Source: Bugula neritina
Taxonomy: Eukaryota; Animalia; Bryozoa
Length of the DNA: 64,000 nt
Direction of reading: 5' to 3'
NCBI GenBank assembly: GCA_964035545.1
Contig: OZ037770.1
Location: 4,000,662 to 4,064,661 of the forward strand
Within the stretch, counting starts at the first letter, position 1; each line of letters begins with the position of its first letter. Positions 37,901 to 49,797 of the stretch are shown in pieces. Made by a program: the position numbers and the translations under genes. Below the pieces are notes generated by a model. The model was not told the origin of the DNA. It did no database searches and worked only from the letters and a program-made list of their open reading frames with translations.

Positions 37901-40900
37901 AGTTTAGGGTACCATTGCACTATATTGCAGGGATATTACGTGTGCATTCTTTAAAAGATAGTTTTGTAATTTATAAAGGAAAGTGAATTATTGAACGTAT
38001 TATAGATATGAACAACTTGTTATGTATACACCATTTCTAGCTTTACAGAGGAGAGGTATGAACACCGTAATGTAGTTCAACTGTGTTGACTATTTTGCTA
38101 AAAAATGTTTTAAATGGTAACTCTATTGTGACACACAAACCTCTCAGGTAGAGTAGATAATCTACAGTTCCTCATATCCGCCTCTTTAAGTGATGTGAGT
38201 GATGATACAACTTCTGGTACTGTGTTGAGAGGATTCCCTCCTATGTCTAGTTTCTCTAACTGAGTCAGCTGACATAGACTGTATTATGAAGTGTATGATA
38301 TATATGTAGTCTGCATTACTATAATATTTTATACTATATTCAAATTTTCTTTTCAACAAGGTAAAACTATATACAACTTAACTACCAAGCAACTTATTGT
38401 AGCATTGTACATGCAGAGCATATTAGAAGTTAACATTTTATTATAATAGTATACAAGTATTCAATTATTATATATATTCAGTGTGTGAATACTAATAAAC
38501 TATACAACTGATGACTATTATTTACATTTTATAGCACAAGAATATATAATGGCATACCTTAAAATTTCGTTATTTTTCGTTATTTTCACAACAAACCATA
38601 TTTCATATAGAATTCAAAAAAATTGCTTTTCACATATTTTTTCAATTATATAATGACATGACCTAGTTCTACTTGGTAAGGAACTATTTTATGATTTCAA
38701 GTATTAAATGTTTCAAACAACACAAAAACCGTGACAAACAAACCTCTCAGGTAGAGTAGATAATTTACAGTCTCTCATATTCAACTCTTTAAGTGATGTG
38801 AGTGATGACACAACTTCTGGTACTGTGTGAAGAGGGTTCCTTCTTATGTCTAGCTTCTCTAACTGAATCAGCTGACATAGACTATAAACATGCAGTGTTA
38901 GATGTATTTAGTTTCACTTATACAGAGTACAATTACTAGAGTTGAGATAGCTACCATATACTACCAAATTATACTATCAATTTATTCATTCATAACAGAT
39001 CTATATATAAAGTACCATATACTATCATAACGCTTGACTACTAGATAAAAGTAGAACAGTTTATTATAATAGTACACAAGTATTTATTTTCAAACTCACT
39101 GAATACAATATAATAAACTAGAAATTATTGCTTACTATTAATTACATTTTTATAGCACAACAATATATAATGGCATATAACTTTAAAATTGTGTTATTCC
39201 CACAATATTATAAACCATTGCATATATATGTGTGTAACTTCAAAACATTGCATTTCATAATTTTCAATTATACAATGGCATACCATAATAACACTTGGTA
39301 TAAGCATAATTATAAAGATGTCAAATATAGAATGTTTAAAACAATACAAACGTTCTGACACACAAACCTCTCAGGTAGATTAGATAATCCACAGCTCCAC
39401 ATATCCAACTCTTTAAGTAATGTGAGTGATGTTACAACTTTCAGTACTCTTATAAAAGGATTCAATCCTATACGTATAGTTTTTCTAGGTGGGTCAGCTG
39501 ACATAGACTGTAATATAAAGTATATGATATATACTTAGTCTGCATTGTGAGATGATCCAATGTTGACAAGCAACAAGCTAGCAGGTACTAAAGCTACTGA
39601 CAAGTGATAGCCGAAGGAAAGCCAATGCAAAACACTTTGGAGCTAGAGCTTAGCCTGGAAGGTTAATATTACATGCATTACTATAATATTTTATACTGTA
39701 TTCACATTTGGTTTTCAACCAGGTAAAATTATATACAACTTAGCTACCAAGCAACTTGATATTACAGCACAGTACATGCAAAGCATGAAAAAATATCAGT
39801 TCATTATAATAGTGTAAAAAAATTAAATTATTATACTCAGTGAATGCTAATAAACTAGAAATTTTGGCTTACTATTCACTAAATTTTATAGAGCAAGAAT
39901 ATATAATGGCCTACCTTAAAATTATGTTATTTTCACCATATTACAAACCACTACATATATATCAATTCCTTTAAAAAAGTGCATTTCATGTTACAGAGCC
40001 TGAGAAGTTAACAGTTTAATATAATAGTATACAAGTATTCAATTATTATTATATATACTAAGCTAGTAAATACTAAGCACCTATACAACTGCTTACTATA
40101 TATTATTGACATTTTATAGCACAAGAATATATAATGGCATACCTTAAATTTTGTTATTCTCACAATATTACAGATGATATTTCATATAGAATTCAAAAAA
40201 TTTGCATTTCCCATATTTTTCAATTATATAATGACATGCCCTAATTATACTTGGTAAGAAACTCTTTTATGATTTCAAGTATTAAATGTTTCAAACAATA
40301 CAAAACTGTGACAAACAAACCTCTTATGTAGAGTAAATATTTTACAGCTCCTCATATTCAACTCTTTAAGTGATGTGAGTGATGACACAACTTCTGGTAC
40401 TGTCTTAAGAGGATTCCAACCTATGTCTAGTTTCTCTAACTGAGTCAGCTGACACAGACTGTAATATAAAGTGTGTATTATATGTATTCTACTGTATCAT
40501 ATAATGACATATTGTAATGGATTTTAGATTATGTTATTATCGAAAGGATAACTCTTTGTGGCTTACTCTCTATACGCTGGGCATAATGGCTATAAGTACT
40601 GGAGATCAATTATCATAATAGCTGACAATTGGAATGCGTACAATCTACTGGACAATTATTGCTAGCTACTAATGCACGCAGTTAAACAAGGCAAGACTAG
40701 TTAAATGGAATCAACAACTGTAGGAGGCGTAGATGGTTTGCACTGGCAGTTAGCTGCTTAGTAGCAGATGCTAGTGTTATGCTTATGGTGATGGAGTTAA
40801 TTGGTATTGACAGAGACGACTCGGCGTAGACTGTTATCCGACAATATCTTACAGTCGACAGTGGCACCACTAAGGCTAGCCAATCAGGACAGTCACACTA

Positions 40901-42038
40901 ATTGATAGCAGGTGGAGCTAGCTACTCATAGTTGCAGTGCGCTGAGTAGCTAGCCGGCAGAGCAGCTTGGGACTTCATTTAGAGTAGTTGTGTATTAAAG
41001 CTCACTAATTATGTAATCGTTTTCTATTCATGCTAGCAGTAAATAACCTTCTTGTATTTGTGTAAATAATAAAGTTATCTTAGCGTAAACAACCTGGTGC
41101 AGTGGCTTTGATTAAGTCGACCCACACATAATAATAGTGAACTGGCAAAATTCACTACAATATTCTGTACTCAGTTATAATGTAAATTATTTAGCAAACA
41201 ATTTTGTTGAGACAGGGTACAGAAAAAAATGCTATTACGTCATGTTATGGGTGTAATGGGTGCCCTGTGTAGAATTGAGTGATTAGGTGTGTTTGTATAT
41301 AGACATCGTGTTAGTTTAATAAATAAGGGTTACTCTACAATGTAATGCTAATATATAGTATGATTTATAATAATAAATGGTTTAATTTGTTATAGCTAAT
41401 CTGACACAAATTAGCATGTATTTAATATTCTGAAAATATTTTATTTTTAGGTATATGGCTACATATAATATGCTTATATATATTATGTGTTGCAAATATA
41501 AACCTTCTGTATAATCCTACATGTATACATGTACTACAATAATAATATGTTACTTCTGCATTCAACTACATAAAACATGTTTTAATTGATGATGGCATGT
41601 GTAACGCTACAGACAGTTTCCCACTGTCTAGTTTCTACAACTCAATCAACTGGCAGAGATACAATGTTATACATATATTACTATAGCTTTATATTGTGCA
41701 TGATTACATCATGAGTAAAAGTATACTTCAGCATTGACTTAGATACATACATCGTGGGTGATAAATATCACAACTAAACTCATTTACACAGCTATCATAA
41801 TAGACACTCACTTGTCTATACTTGTTCTGTCAGTCAGGTTAGAAACACGTAGACACAGGGCTTCACCAGCAATCTCTCCAATGTTGTTTGGAATATTCCC
41901 TTTCAGTTTAAGATCTGTGATATCATAACTCCCAACTTCATGTTTCACCTCAGCAGTAGTATATGACTTGGTATTAGCTTTCTATACATCCCACCAGTCT
42001 ACAGGAGGCTGACCAGAATGTCTGAACCAGATTCTCAT
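29979..42038 (-). CDS. ROCO-caspase fusion: LRRs, Roc GTPase, COR and peptidase C14 (p20+p10); 5' end uncertain or damaged
   Basis: Exons in transcript order: ~42043-41812 (in-frame TAG), 40458-40321, [39507-39368 frameshifted], 38881-38744, 38278-38141, 36626-34624, 34382-34296, 33728(or 33719)-33577, 31914-31744, 31502-31289, 31142-30912, 30666-30563, 30128-29979 (TAA). All GT-AG with matching phases. Roc motifs GNTMAGKTS, DMGGQ, THKD; COR-like PKVWEDV..YMHDCGKVLWY; caspase RGRALIINN, REGSDAD, MSHG, EACSG, SKRHPEYGS, KRLYLFPG. Confidence 0.85.
33917..34268. mobile_element. Foldback MITE, internally deleted copy of 37285-37705
   Basis: Termini ggtcattttacttaa / ttaagtaaaatgacc and an internal palindromic core. 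Confidence 0.8.
34624..36626 (-). CDS. 2003-bp exon: last LRRs with cap, Roc GTPase, COR region
   Basis: ORF 34577-36556 extended to the acceptor at 36627-36628; SPPLEVCKKGLDAVRQY cap typical of ROCO/MFHAS1-type proteins. Confidence 0.92.
37053..37265 (+). mobile_element. tRNA-derived SINE (best-preserved copy)
   Basis: A-box tggtctaaggg, B-box ggttcgaacccc; family copies at 24299 and 61840. Confidence 0.75.
37285..37705. mobile_element. Foldback MITE, almost wholly palindromic (~210-bp arms)
   Basis: gggtcattttacttaatttagtacacac... / ...gtgtgtactaaattaagtaaaatgaccc, flanked by atat on both sides. Confidence 0.9.
38141..40458 (-). repeat. Tandem array of LRR exon + intron units (exons 38141-38278, 38744-38881, 39368-39507, 40321-40458)
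   Basis: Each intact exon is 138 bp, consensus LCQLTQLEKLDIxxNPLxTVPEVVSSLTSLKELxMxxCxLSTLPE; the introns are also homologous. Confidence 0.93.
39546..39673. mobile_element. 128-bp TG...CA insertion with TGCAT TSD (short solo LTR-like)
   Basis: tgcat at 39541-39545 and 39674-39678; the paralogous intron near 38311 has the empty site ctgcattactataat. Confidence 0.75.
40513..41159. mobile_element. Solo LTR, 647 bp
   Basis: TGTA...TACA termini, ATAT at 40509-40512 and 41160-41163, internal AATAAA near 41067. Confidence 0.75.
41504..41659 (-). pseudogene. Degenerate LRR pseudo-exon
   Basis: Minus strand LCQLIEL*KLD resembles the cassette start; no AG at the expected acceptor. Confidence 0.55.
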
Positions 42039-43099
42039 ATTCTCTGTAACATCATACAGTGACAGTGTAATTATTACACAGTGCTAGCAGGTGATGTCTG
42101 TCATTCTGAAACCTGTCACATAATTATAACTATTATTTGCTGTGTGTCAGACACTATAGCTATATGTAGACATGTCTGGCTACTTTAGGTTTATGAAAGT
42201 AAAATTTGCAAATTTAAAATGATATCTAATTCCCTGAAAACAACTGCTTTGTGTAGAATCTTTGAAATTATGCCGCTTCGGTTCCAATAAAGATCTTTTT
42301 AAATAATGTTAGCATATATTTAACCTTATATAAATATATTAAATCATTTTAAAATCATATGAATTTAAAGCAGCCAAAATAACGCTGAATTATTATTTCA
42401 TATCCATGCATGCACAAAAAACTACAAATAGCAACACTAAGTAAAAACTTTCTATATCTGACACTGCATACTTCCTACCCTATGAGTCACACAGGAGAAA
42501 TGTGGACTAGTATGTAGCTAGAACACTTTCTGATAGTGAAATATATAGACCTGATTATTTGAATGTTACTCATATATTTACTATGGAAACAAGCAAACCA
42601 CCATAGAAAAGTTTTTGAAAACTCTTGTCCCAGTAGGTAAAACTTTTACTAGTCTTGCTAAAATGAGATTCATACTAATGCAGAGCTGACTTTGTTGAAA
42701 CCTACATTTAAATAAATGCTAAGTATTGTCTAAATACAAATAGTAACAACCAGTAGATAACTTTTGTTAAAAGCAAAAATTGTAACTTGGCTTTTCATTA
42801 GAAAGTTATCAAAACAACTCACCATCTGTTACTATGGTTACCAAAGATTTTACTGCTGATTTATTTCAATTCTGTATATCTAAAGGTAGGCAGCCCCATC
42901 TGTACAACAGGTTTAAAATAAAGAGGTATTATGATATAAACCATTGCTGATTTCAATTATATCAATGAACTTGCCAATTCCTATCAAGATGAGATGTATA
43001 ATCAGTCAAGATAGATAAACTAATCAACTCTCGAAACGCATGTGTATATGTTTATATATATGTGTGTATATATATACTTTGGTAAATTATAGGTCTGTA

Positions 43100-43282
43100 G
43101 CTGGGTAGGTATGTAGGCATTTAGCTATGTAGGTATTTATGTATGTAGGCATTTAGCTATGTAGGTATCTATGTATGTAGGTATTTGGGTATGTAGGTCT
43201 TTATAGGTATGCAGTTTTTTAGGTAGTTAGGTAGGTATGTAGGTAAGTATTTAGGCAGGTAGCTAGGTACGTAGGTAGGTAT
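43100..43282. repeat. Compound (GGTA/GTAT)n simple repeat
   Basis: Direct inspection. Confidence 0.85.
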
Positions 43283-43856
43283 CAATTAAGGCCTACAAAC
43301 TCCTGCTCAGGTAACAACTGTATACTTACTCACCTGCATTGTAAGAAGATGGTTAGTAACTCATCTGGCTGGAATGTGTAACACCACATATGACTTTGAA
43401 TCAATACTTCGGATCACTTTGTCTCACTGCTCTATGAAATAACAGATTGTACTGAACTCCTAAAATAGCTGTAATAGAAACTTATATAATCTAGCTTGAT
43501 ACAATAATTTCATACAAGGTTCTGCAATTAACTTGAAAAATTTGCAGACCTAAAAATAATAGATTAGCTATGATATTTTTAGATGCTACTATTAAGCATT
43601 TTATACATAAAACTGTATAATAGTCAACAGTTGATTAAATATTGTAAAAATTAGTGAGGTTGGAACAATAAGGCAGAAAACATAACTTCTTGTGTTTCTA
43701 GAGAAGAGGGTTTCTTGAAATGTGTAGAAATAACTTTACTGTAAATAGCAATATCTAAAATTTGTCTTTATCTAGTGAGCTCAATCTTTCTCTATTCAGG
43801 AAACAATTCTTATAGAAGATTTTACCAATCTTTGGTTAAAAATATGTCATTTCAGA

Positions 43857-46800
43857 TGTGACGGAGTCTCCAATAAAATGCTGAAACTCCGACATGATTG
43901 ACATTGGTCATATCGGACAAGTCAGAGCTTCGACTCAAATGTCCGACATGCCTGATGTCAGACAAAGACCGGTTTGCAGCATACACAAGTAGAAGAGATA
44001 AAAAATGAAATAGAATAGTGTTGCTCTAGGCTAAATAATAGAAAAGTAAAAAACTCCAAAGGTCCTCACACTCACTCCCCATCGAAAAGTATGATCACTT
44101 TTCAACAACTACCAAAAAAACACACAGAGAAACAAGAGGCAAAGAATAAAATAATATAATTGAAAAAAGGTTAATACACACCATTATTTCAAAGAAACGA
44201 AGTCACACTCACACATACATAATAAGATGAAACCAAATTCACAAACTACCACTGGATTAAATAATGAATTAGGTAAGAATATTGTCCACACATAAGTATA
44301 CAAGTGTACATAATACAGTCCCCTCTCTCCTCGGTGCTTAAGGCGAGAGACATGTCACTTGAGGTAGAATAACGTCTCCTGATGGCGGCACATCAACCTC
44401 CTCAGCTGACATGCTTAGCCTTTGTAGGAGCTCCATCTGCTGCTAAAGTAGCCTGCTGTTTCTTGACTTTGTCTTCTGTGTTGTTGTCTGCTTTGGTACC
44501 GGACTGCTGTTAACCCGAAGCTGGGTGGCTGCTGACTGGGTGGCGGTGGCTGGGATGTTCTTCGCATTGGTCTTGTCGATTGTTGGCTGGCAGGCCAGAA
44601 ACTTTAGAGCAAGAGCTGCCTGTTTGTGGGGTTCCCCACGTGTTGCAAGATTAGGTCTCGGAATTTCAAAAAAAATGCCTTATCGACTACAATTACATCT
44701 TGCCCGTGTGGCAACGGGCTATGTGCTAGTGGGGCAGTATAAAATTCTGTTTGTAGGAATACTCATAACATGGGCAAAATACACTGGTGACATGTTGACC
44801 AACGTGCACTCTCCTTTTCTGGTGGGTGAAAAACCTACACTCGCACTAACGGCATTTGATATTGCCCTACTCACCACACATTCGGTAAATCCGGATTCGT
44901 TTCTTGCTGGTCGTCCAGTGCCGCTGCGAGGTGAGGAGACTGTGTAGCCTTAGGACTTGATTGCCTTTCTCTTCGCTATCAAGTTAGTTAGTGGAAGCTG
45001 CCCTACCGCCAAGGATTGCCTTTTCCTTTTCTTCAGACTGTCGCAGGTCTACAGGGTCGAGGACAGACTCATCTGGGAAGGCTGGGGAGACCACTTTGGG
45101 CTGTTGATAGCTGTGCCAGGGTTTTAAGGGGAGCGAGAGTCAATGGCGCCCTCATACACACAGGTAGCTCAGGCATAACTAGGAGAATAGTCAACTCTAC
45201 CTCCTTATCTAAAAGGTAATCATGAAGAAACTCTCTTTCCAGTTTTACCCAAGCCTCTTCAAATTTCACCAGCTTAGTTTCAATCAAACCAATTGTTTAA
45301 TTGTTTAGGTCTTGCTAGACTCCTAAGGCAGAGGATCTAGCCCGAAAGAAATACCTGGCTGACTAAAGTTAGTGTTTTCTGGCAGAGTAAATTCCATGTC
45401 GTGGCAACAGTTATCCGAAAAAACATGTCTGCTCGTTGGGGAGTATTTAGTTAAAGTGCCTGAACCACATGTTATCAGGTTTTTATTTGACAACTTTGCG
45501 GTAACGTGCCCTGTCACCCAGTTCACTAAATATCACAGGGACAAATCTGAAAAGTGGAGTTCCTTTAAGTTTTGACACCGTTCTTTAGCCACTTTTTGGG
45601 AATTTCTTCTTATCCCAGGATTAGTCTCAGTATTGGACTTAAAGCATTTACTCGTACTGAGTGTACAACTCCCCCCTCCCTCCTGGTAGCATTTCTAGGT
45701 GCCGGACATGGTAGTCAACCAGTATCTGAGCAATCTCCTACTTTTTTGGCCTTCATCTAGAACTACAGGTAGTGATGAAGTTTGTTGTTCTGCGGGTTCT
45801 ACGGGTGGTCCCGCCTTCACCCTCCTCAAGGATGGAGAGCGTCTTCTACCCCGAGAGCCACTGGGTCAAATCTCAGAGCTAGCTGGACCAGGGTTTAGAT
45901 TGAGGAGCGGTTCCAGTCCACCATCTGGCCTAGAGATGAAGATCTGCTATTTCCTGTGTTGAACTGTGTCCCCTCCCAGGATGTGCCACAAAGCTGGCTC
46001 TCATAGTAGAGGTGTGTGTCCTGCAACGTCCGGGCCGGCTCATGGTGGCTTTAGCGGTTGCTTGGTGTAAACCAAGATTGGTTCAGAGTGCTCCACTCAA
46101 TAGTTGTGGTTGGGCAAAACCTCCACGCCACATAAGGGTCCAACAAACTTGGCCCGAGACTTAGCAAACTGTCCATGATGCCTACAATAACTGATCATCC
46201 AAACCCAGTCACCTACCTGTTACAGAAAAGGGGGTTCTCTGAATCTTCCATCGGCACCTTCCATTGTTTCTCCTGCAGAACTTCATGGGCTATACTAATT
46301 CTCTCTATCAGTTTCTCGACATACACATGTAGTAAGGAATTGGGCACTGGAACAAGGTAAAACATGCGTTCTAGAACCCTGGTCCCTCGGCCAAGCATCA
46401 GAAAGTGTGCTGTAGGGTGGCATGATTTTCCTGACTCCTGCTCAAGTGTCGGCTCCTGGGAGCATCACTCAACATTCTGTTGTTTCGCTCCATGACTCTA
46501 TTCACTTGCGGGAAACATGGAATTTTCTGATTCTGCTTCAACCCCTAGATTCAGCAGAGGTCACAAATTAGTTGGGACCAGAACTGAGCATCTTGGTGTG
46601 TAGGAATGTTTTCTGGTAACCCAAAATAGCAGAACACATGTTGGTCTCGAGCATGAGCCACTATGAAGCTGACATGTTTGGAATAGCCCTTGCGTATGCT
46701 AAACAGGTGAGGTGGTCTGTGAGCACCAATATCCAGATGTTTCTTTTAGCAGAAAACAGCATAGGGCTGACTAAGTTCACCCCAACCATTTTCTACGGCC

Positions 46801-48730
46801 AACCGGCGCATAGCTGGCGCCCACCAGTGTAGCCAACTGAGGACCTGCTCCATGGGTAGTTGGAAACTTGCCATGGTGGACATTAATACGAATGGCAGTA
46901 CTCTCCACTTCCACAGCCTTTTGTGGGTAATAAATGCTGCCTCGTACTGAGCGTCAAGACCGAGGGGAAATTGCCAGTACCCACTCAGCGGATCTGAAGT
47001 ACTAAAGAGCTTGGTTCCTGCAAGGGCATCCAAAAACCCGTGCACCTGAGGGAGGGGGTTAGCATCCTGAATGGTAACACTGTTGAGCTTGCGGTAGTTC
47101 ACAAAGAATTTTCAACTGCTACTCTTTTTTTGACCATGGGCTGGCTCAATCAAGTCATGATCAAGAAGCTTTTGCGCCTGTCAGCCCGCTCCTTCTCTAG
47201 GCCCTGCGGTCAAGTTGGCTGCCTTATTGGGACAGTGCGGTGTGCCATGGGAATCTTGTGGTGGATAATTTTAGTCAGCCACATCTCATTACCTCCACAG
47301 TTGAATATGCCACTGTACCCAAGGAGTAGTTCAGCCCGTGTTTGGCACTCCGAGCAACTTGTACAGCTTCCACAGACTCATTCATACAGGTTCGCCACAT
47401 GCTTCGAGACCATTCTCCGTCTAGTCCAAGAGTGGGTTTCTTGGGCGCTGGGCACTTTCTTCAGTACCAGTCTCACATCTGTTTCTTGGATAAAGTAGTA
47501 GTTTGCTACCAATGCACCAGTCAGCAGTTTGATGTGTTGGTGCATTGCCCGAGAAGCTCCCCAACAGTCCAGCCAATTCAAGCTGTTTGTCAGTCAAATC
47601 TTCCTATACATCCCTTCCACCACTTCAAGCCACGTAACCATCCTGCAGTTAACCCTGCAGTGTAGGGTCACCTGGGATTGTCCTGGGTTCTTCCCACCAA
47701 GGGCCTGTCAAATTTGTCAACACAGATAAGTTTTTTCTCCCAGCCATCACCACAGCTGACTTTTAAAAATCCATGTGACACTGGTGTTTTTCCAGAAATA
47801 AAATGCCCAAGATGGCATCCTCCTCAAACAAGTTGAAGAGAAGGTCTTTTAGATCACGTGATCATGAACTGGCCTAGGTAGTGTAATGATGCCATAGAAA
47901 GAAAAGCCTGACCCGTCTGCTAACGTACCATGTGCACCTTCACATGGCTCAAGGCTTGCCCGTTTCTGAGTGCAAAAAGTTTTGAAGAGATCCTGATTCA
48001 CCATGTTTATTGTGAACCAGTAAGAAAGCCCCAGTTCTACCTGTATTTTTATCGAGTAGAAAGTATCTGCCACTGTACAGCTGGGTGCTCCTAAAGCAGT
48101 CAGTGTTTGATGGAAACACTTTTTGGGTTCTTGACCATCAGAGACATTCCATGACCAGGGCATATGCTGATTAGCTTGAGTCTGCTGCATTTTTATCAGC
48201 GCTGCCTGCAGGTCCTTCACCGTATCCAGCAATATGGGAAATTTTGTAGAGGCCGGCTAGGTCGTGGTATCAGCCGCAACTTAAGGTCCTGGCTTGGTGG
48301 GTTAGACCGCCTCCTGTGCTGTTTTTTCACAATAGTTAAGAAAGAAATCTGCTCCTTGGGTCTTTTCACTTAATAATAAGCTTTTCCCGTCTCTCCTGCT
48401 ACTTCAATAGAGTCTACCTAGCCGCCAGAAAGTAGCGCAGTAGTCCTGCATTATTTAGGGTTCTTAAAACCAACTGATATGCCAGGTTCTGCGCTATTTT
48501 TTGTTGGTTCGACAGAGGGCGGCCCATGACAACCTCTCTATCAGGTTATTGTGATCTTGAAAGGATGTCCTATGCCCTTTTGAGACTCTGCAGCTTTTCT
48601 CATGCCTCTAGGGCCTGAAAGATGTATGTGGCTATTGTCAGAACTCAGGTCTTAACACTTCGCCTTATCTGTTAAGCAGGTCCAGAGCTGGAGGAGTCGC
48701 ATCGTCGCCAGCAATTCGGTAATGGTGGCC
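43857..48730 (-). mobile_element. Decayed Ty3/Gypsy element related to 52634-60078; ends approximate
   Basis: RT remnant NYRKLNSVTIQDANPLP..SGYWQFPL (46746-47102), integrase tail (46213-46398), protease HGTLADGS (47849-48232), ORF3 zinc-finger remnant (~44700-44865). Confidence 0.85.
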
Positions 48731-48807
48731 AAATTTTCGAACTTGAACCTGTCTGAAATATTGTTAAAACTTCATCAACAGTTCAGAAATGAGAACAGGG
48801 AGAACAG

Positions 48808-49090
48808 GTGGTGTCTGGTAAAAATGCCACAGATAAAATTAGCACTATTGGCACAAATGGAGAATTAGATGGAAATGGCACATTTTCAACTTTAGCATTG
48901 AAGATTTGAATTGGGGGTTAAGCATTTAGAATGGGGAGTTTGGAGGTTTGAGTTTTTGGGTTTGGGAAAGTTTAACAGCAGTGTGCGATTTTTGCCTGTG
49001 CCATTTTTGCCTAAAATTGGAGCAGCTTCTTCTCCTATAAAATTTCATTGGGTGTGTGGAAAGACACCATTTTTTGACAGAAACACCACC
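48808..49090. mobile_element. Putative MITE
   Basis: Imperfect TIRs ggtggtgtctggtaaaaatg / cattttttgacagaaacaccacc. Confidence 0.45.
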
Positions 49091-49629
49091 ACTTTAGTGT
49101 AACTTTGAAAACATTGCTGCTGCTAATGGAAACCAACGGTATGATGGTTGCACTCCTGCATTTTTAGGTTCAGATAATTTAGCGTAGATAATATTATATT
49201 CACTAGGCATGTAATATACAATTTATAGAAATTGACTCGCATGGCTGCTAAAAATTGGCCTGTTGGTTTTTGCAATTTTTTTGACCTCCATTGGAAATAG
49301 CGCAGAGAACAGTTAGGGTAGAGTAATGATTAAACACATTTATGTAGACGTAAACTGAGATTGCAGAATATGGTTGGGTTAAATAGATGAACTAAGATGA
49401 AGATTAATAGATATGTATAAATACTTATGTAATGTGCAAGAGCTCAAAAAGCCTTCAAGAAAATGTGTGAATTTTTCAAAATCCAAACCCCCCTCTAAAA
49501 TGACCAAATTCCCCCCTAGGGGCAATTCTCACCAGGTTAGGAACCACTGACCAAGACCTAATCTGAACTTGTCATTCAACAGTAGGCATAGTAGAAAAAG
49601 TAGGAATTTTTTAAGATTTTAAAGTTTGA

Positions 49630-49797
49630 AGTAATTGACATGTAATCATAAAGTAATTGTAAAAATCAATTACATTAGCAATGTAATTAATGACAATTAC
49701 AATTTAGACATCAATTACAAATTACATTCAATAGCTTGAAAAAATGTAATCAATTGCAACCAATTACAATTACAAATTACAATTACCCCAACCCTGC
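49630..49797 (-). repeat. AATTAC-rich repeat fragment, probably a non-autonomous element end
   Basis: Multiple aattac units ending ccccaaccctg. Confidence 0.5.

Noticed and set aside
38141-40458. CRISPR-like repeat-spacer array
   Set aside because: Eukaryotic context; the repeats are spliceable LRR exons with homologous introns.
49535-49549. hAT-like terminus CAGTGGTTCCTAACC on minus
   Set aside because: No partner TIR or 8-bp TSD found, so no element could be delimited.
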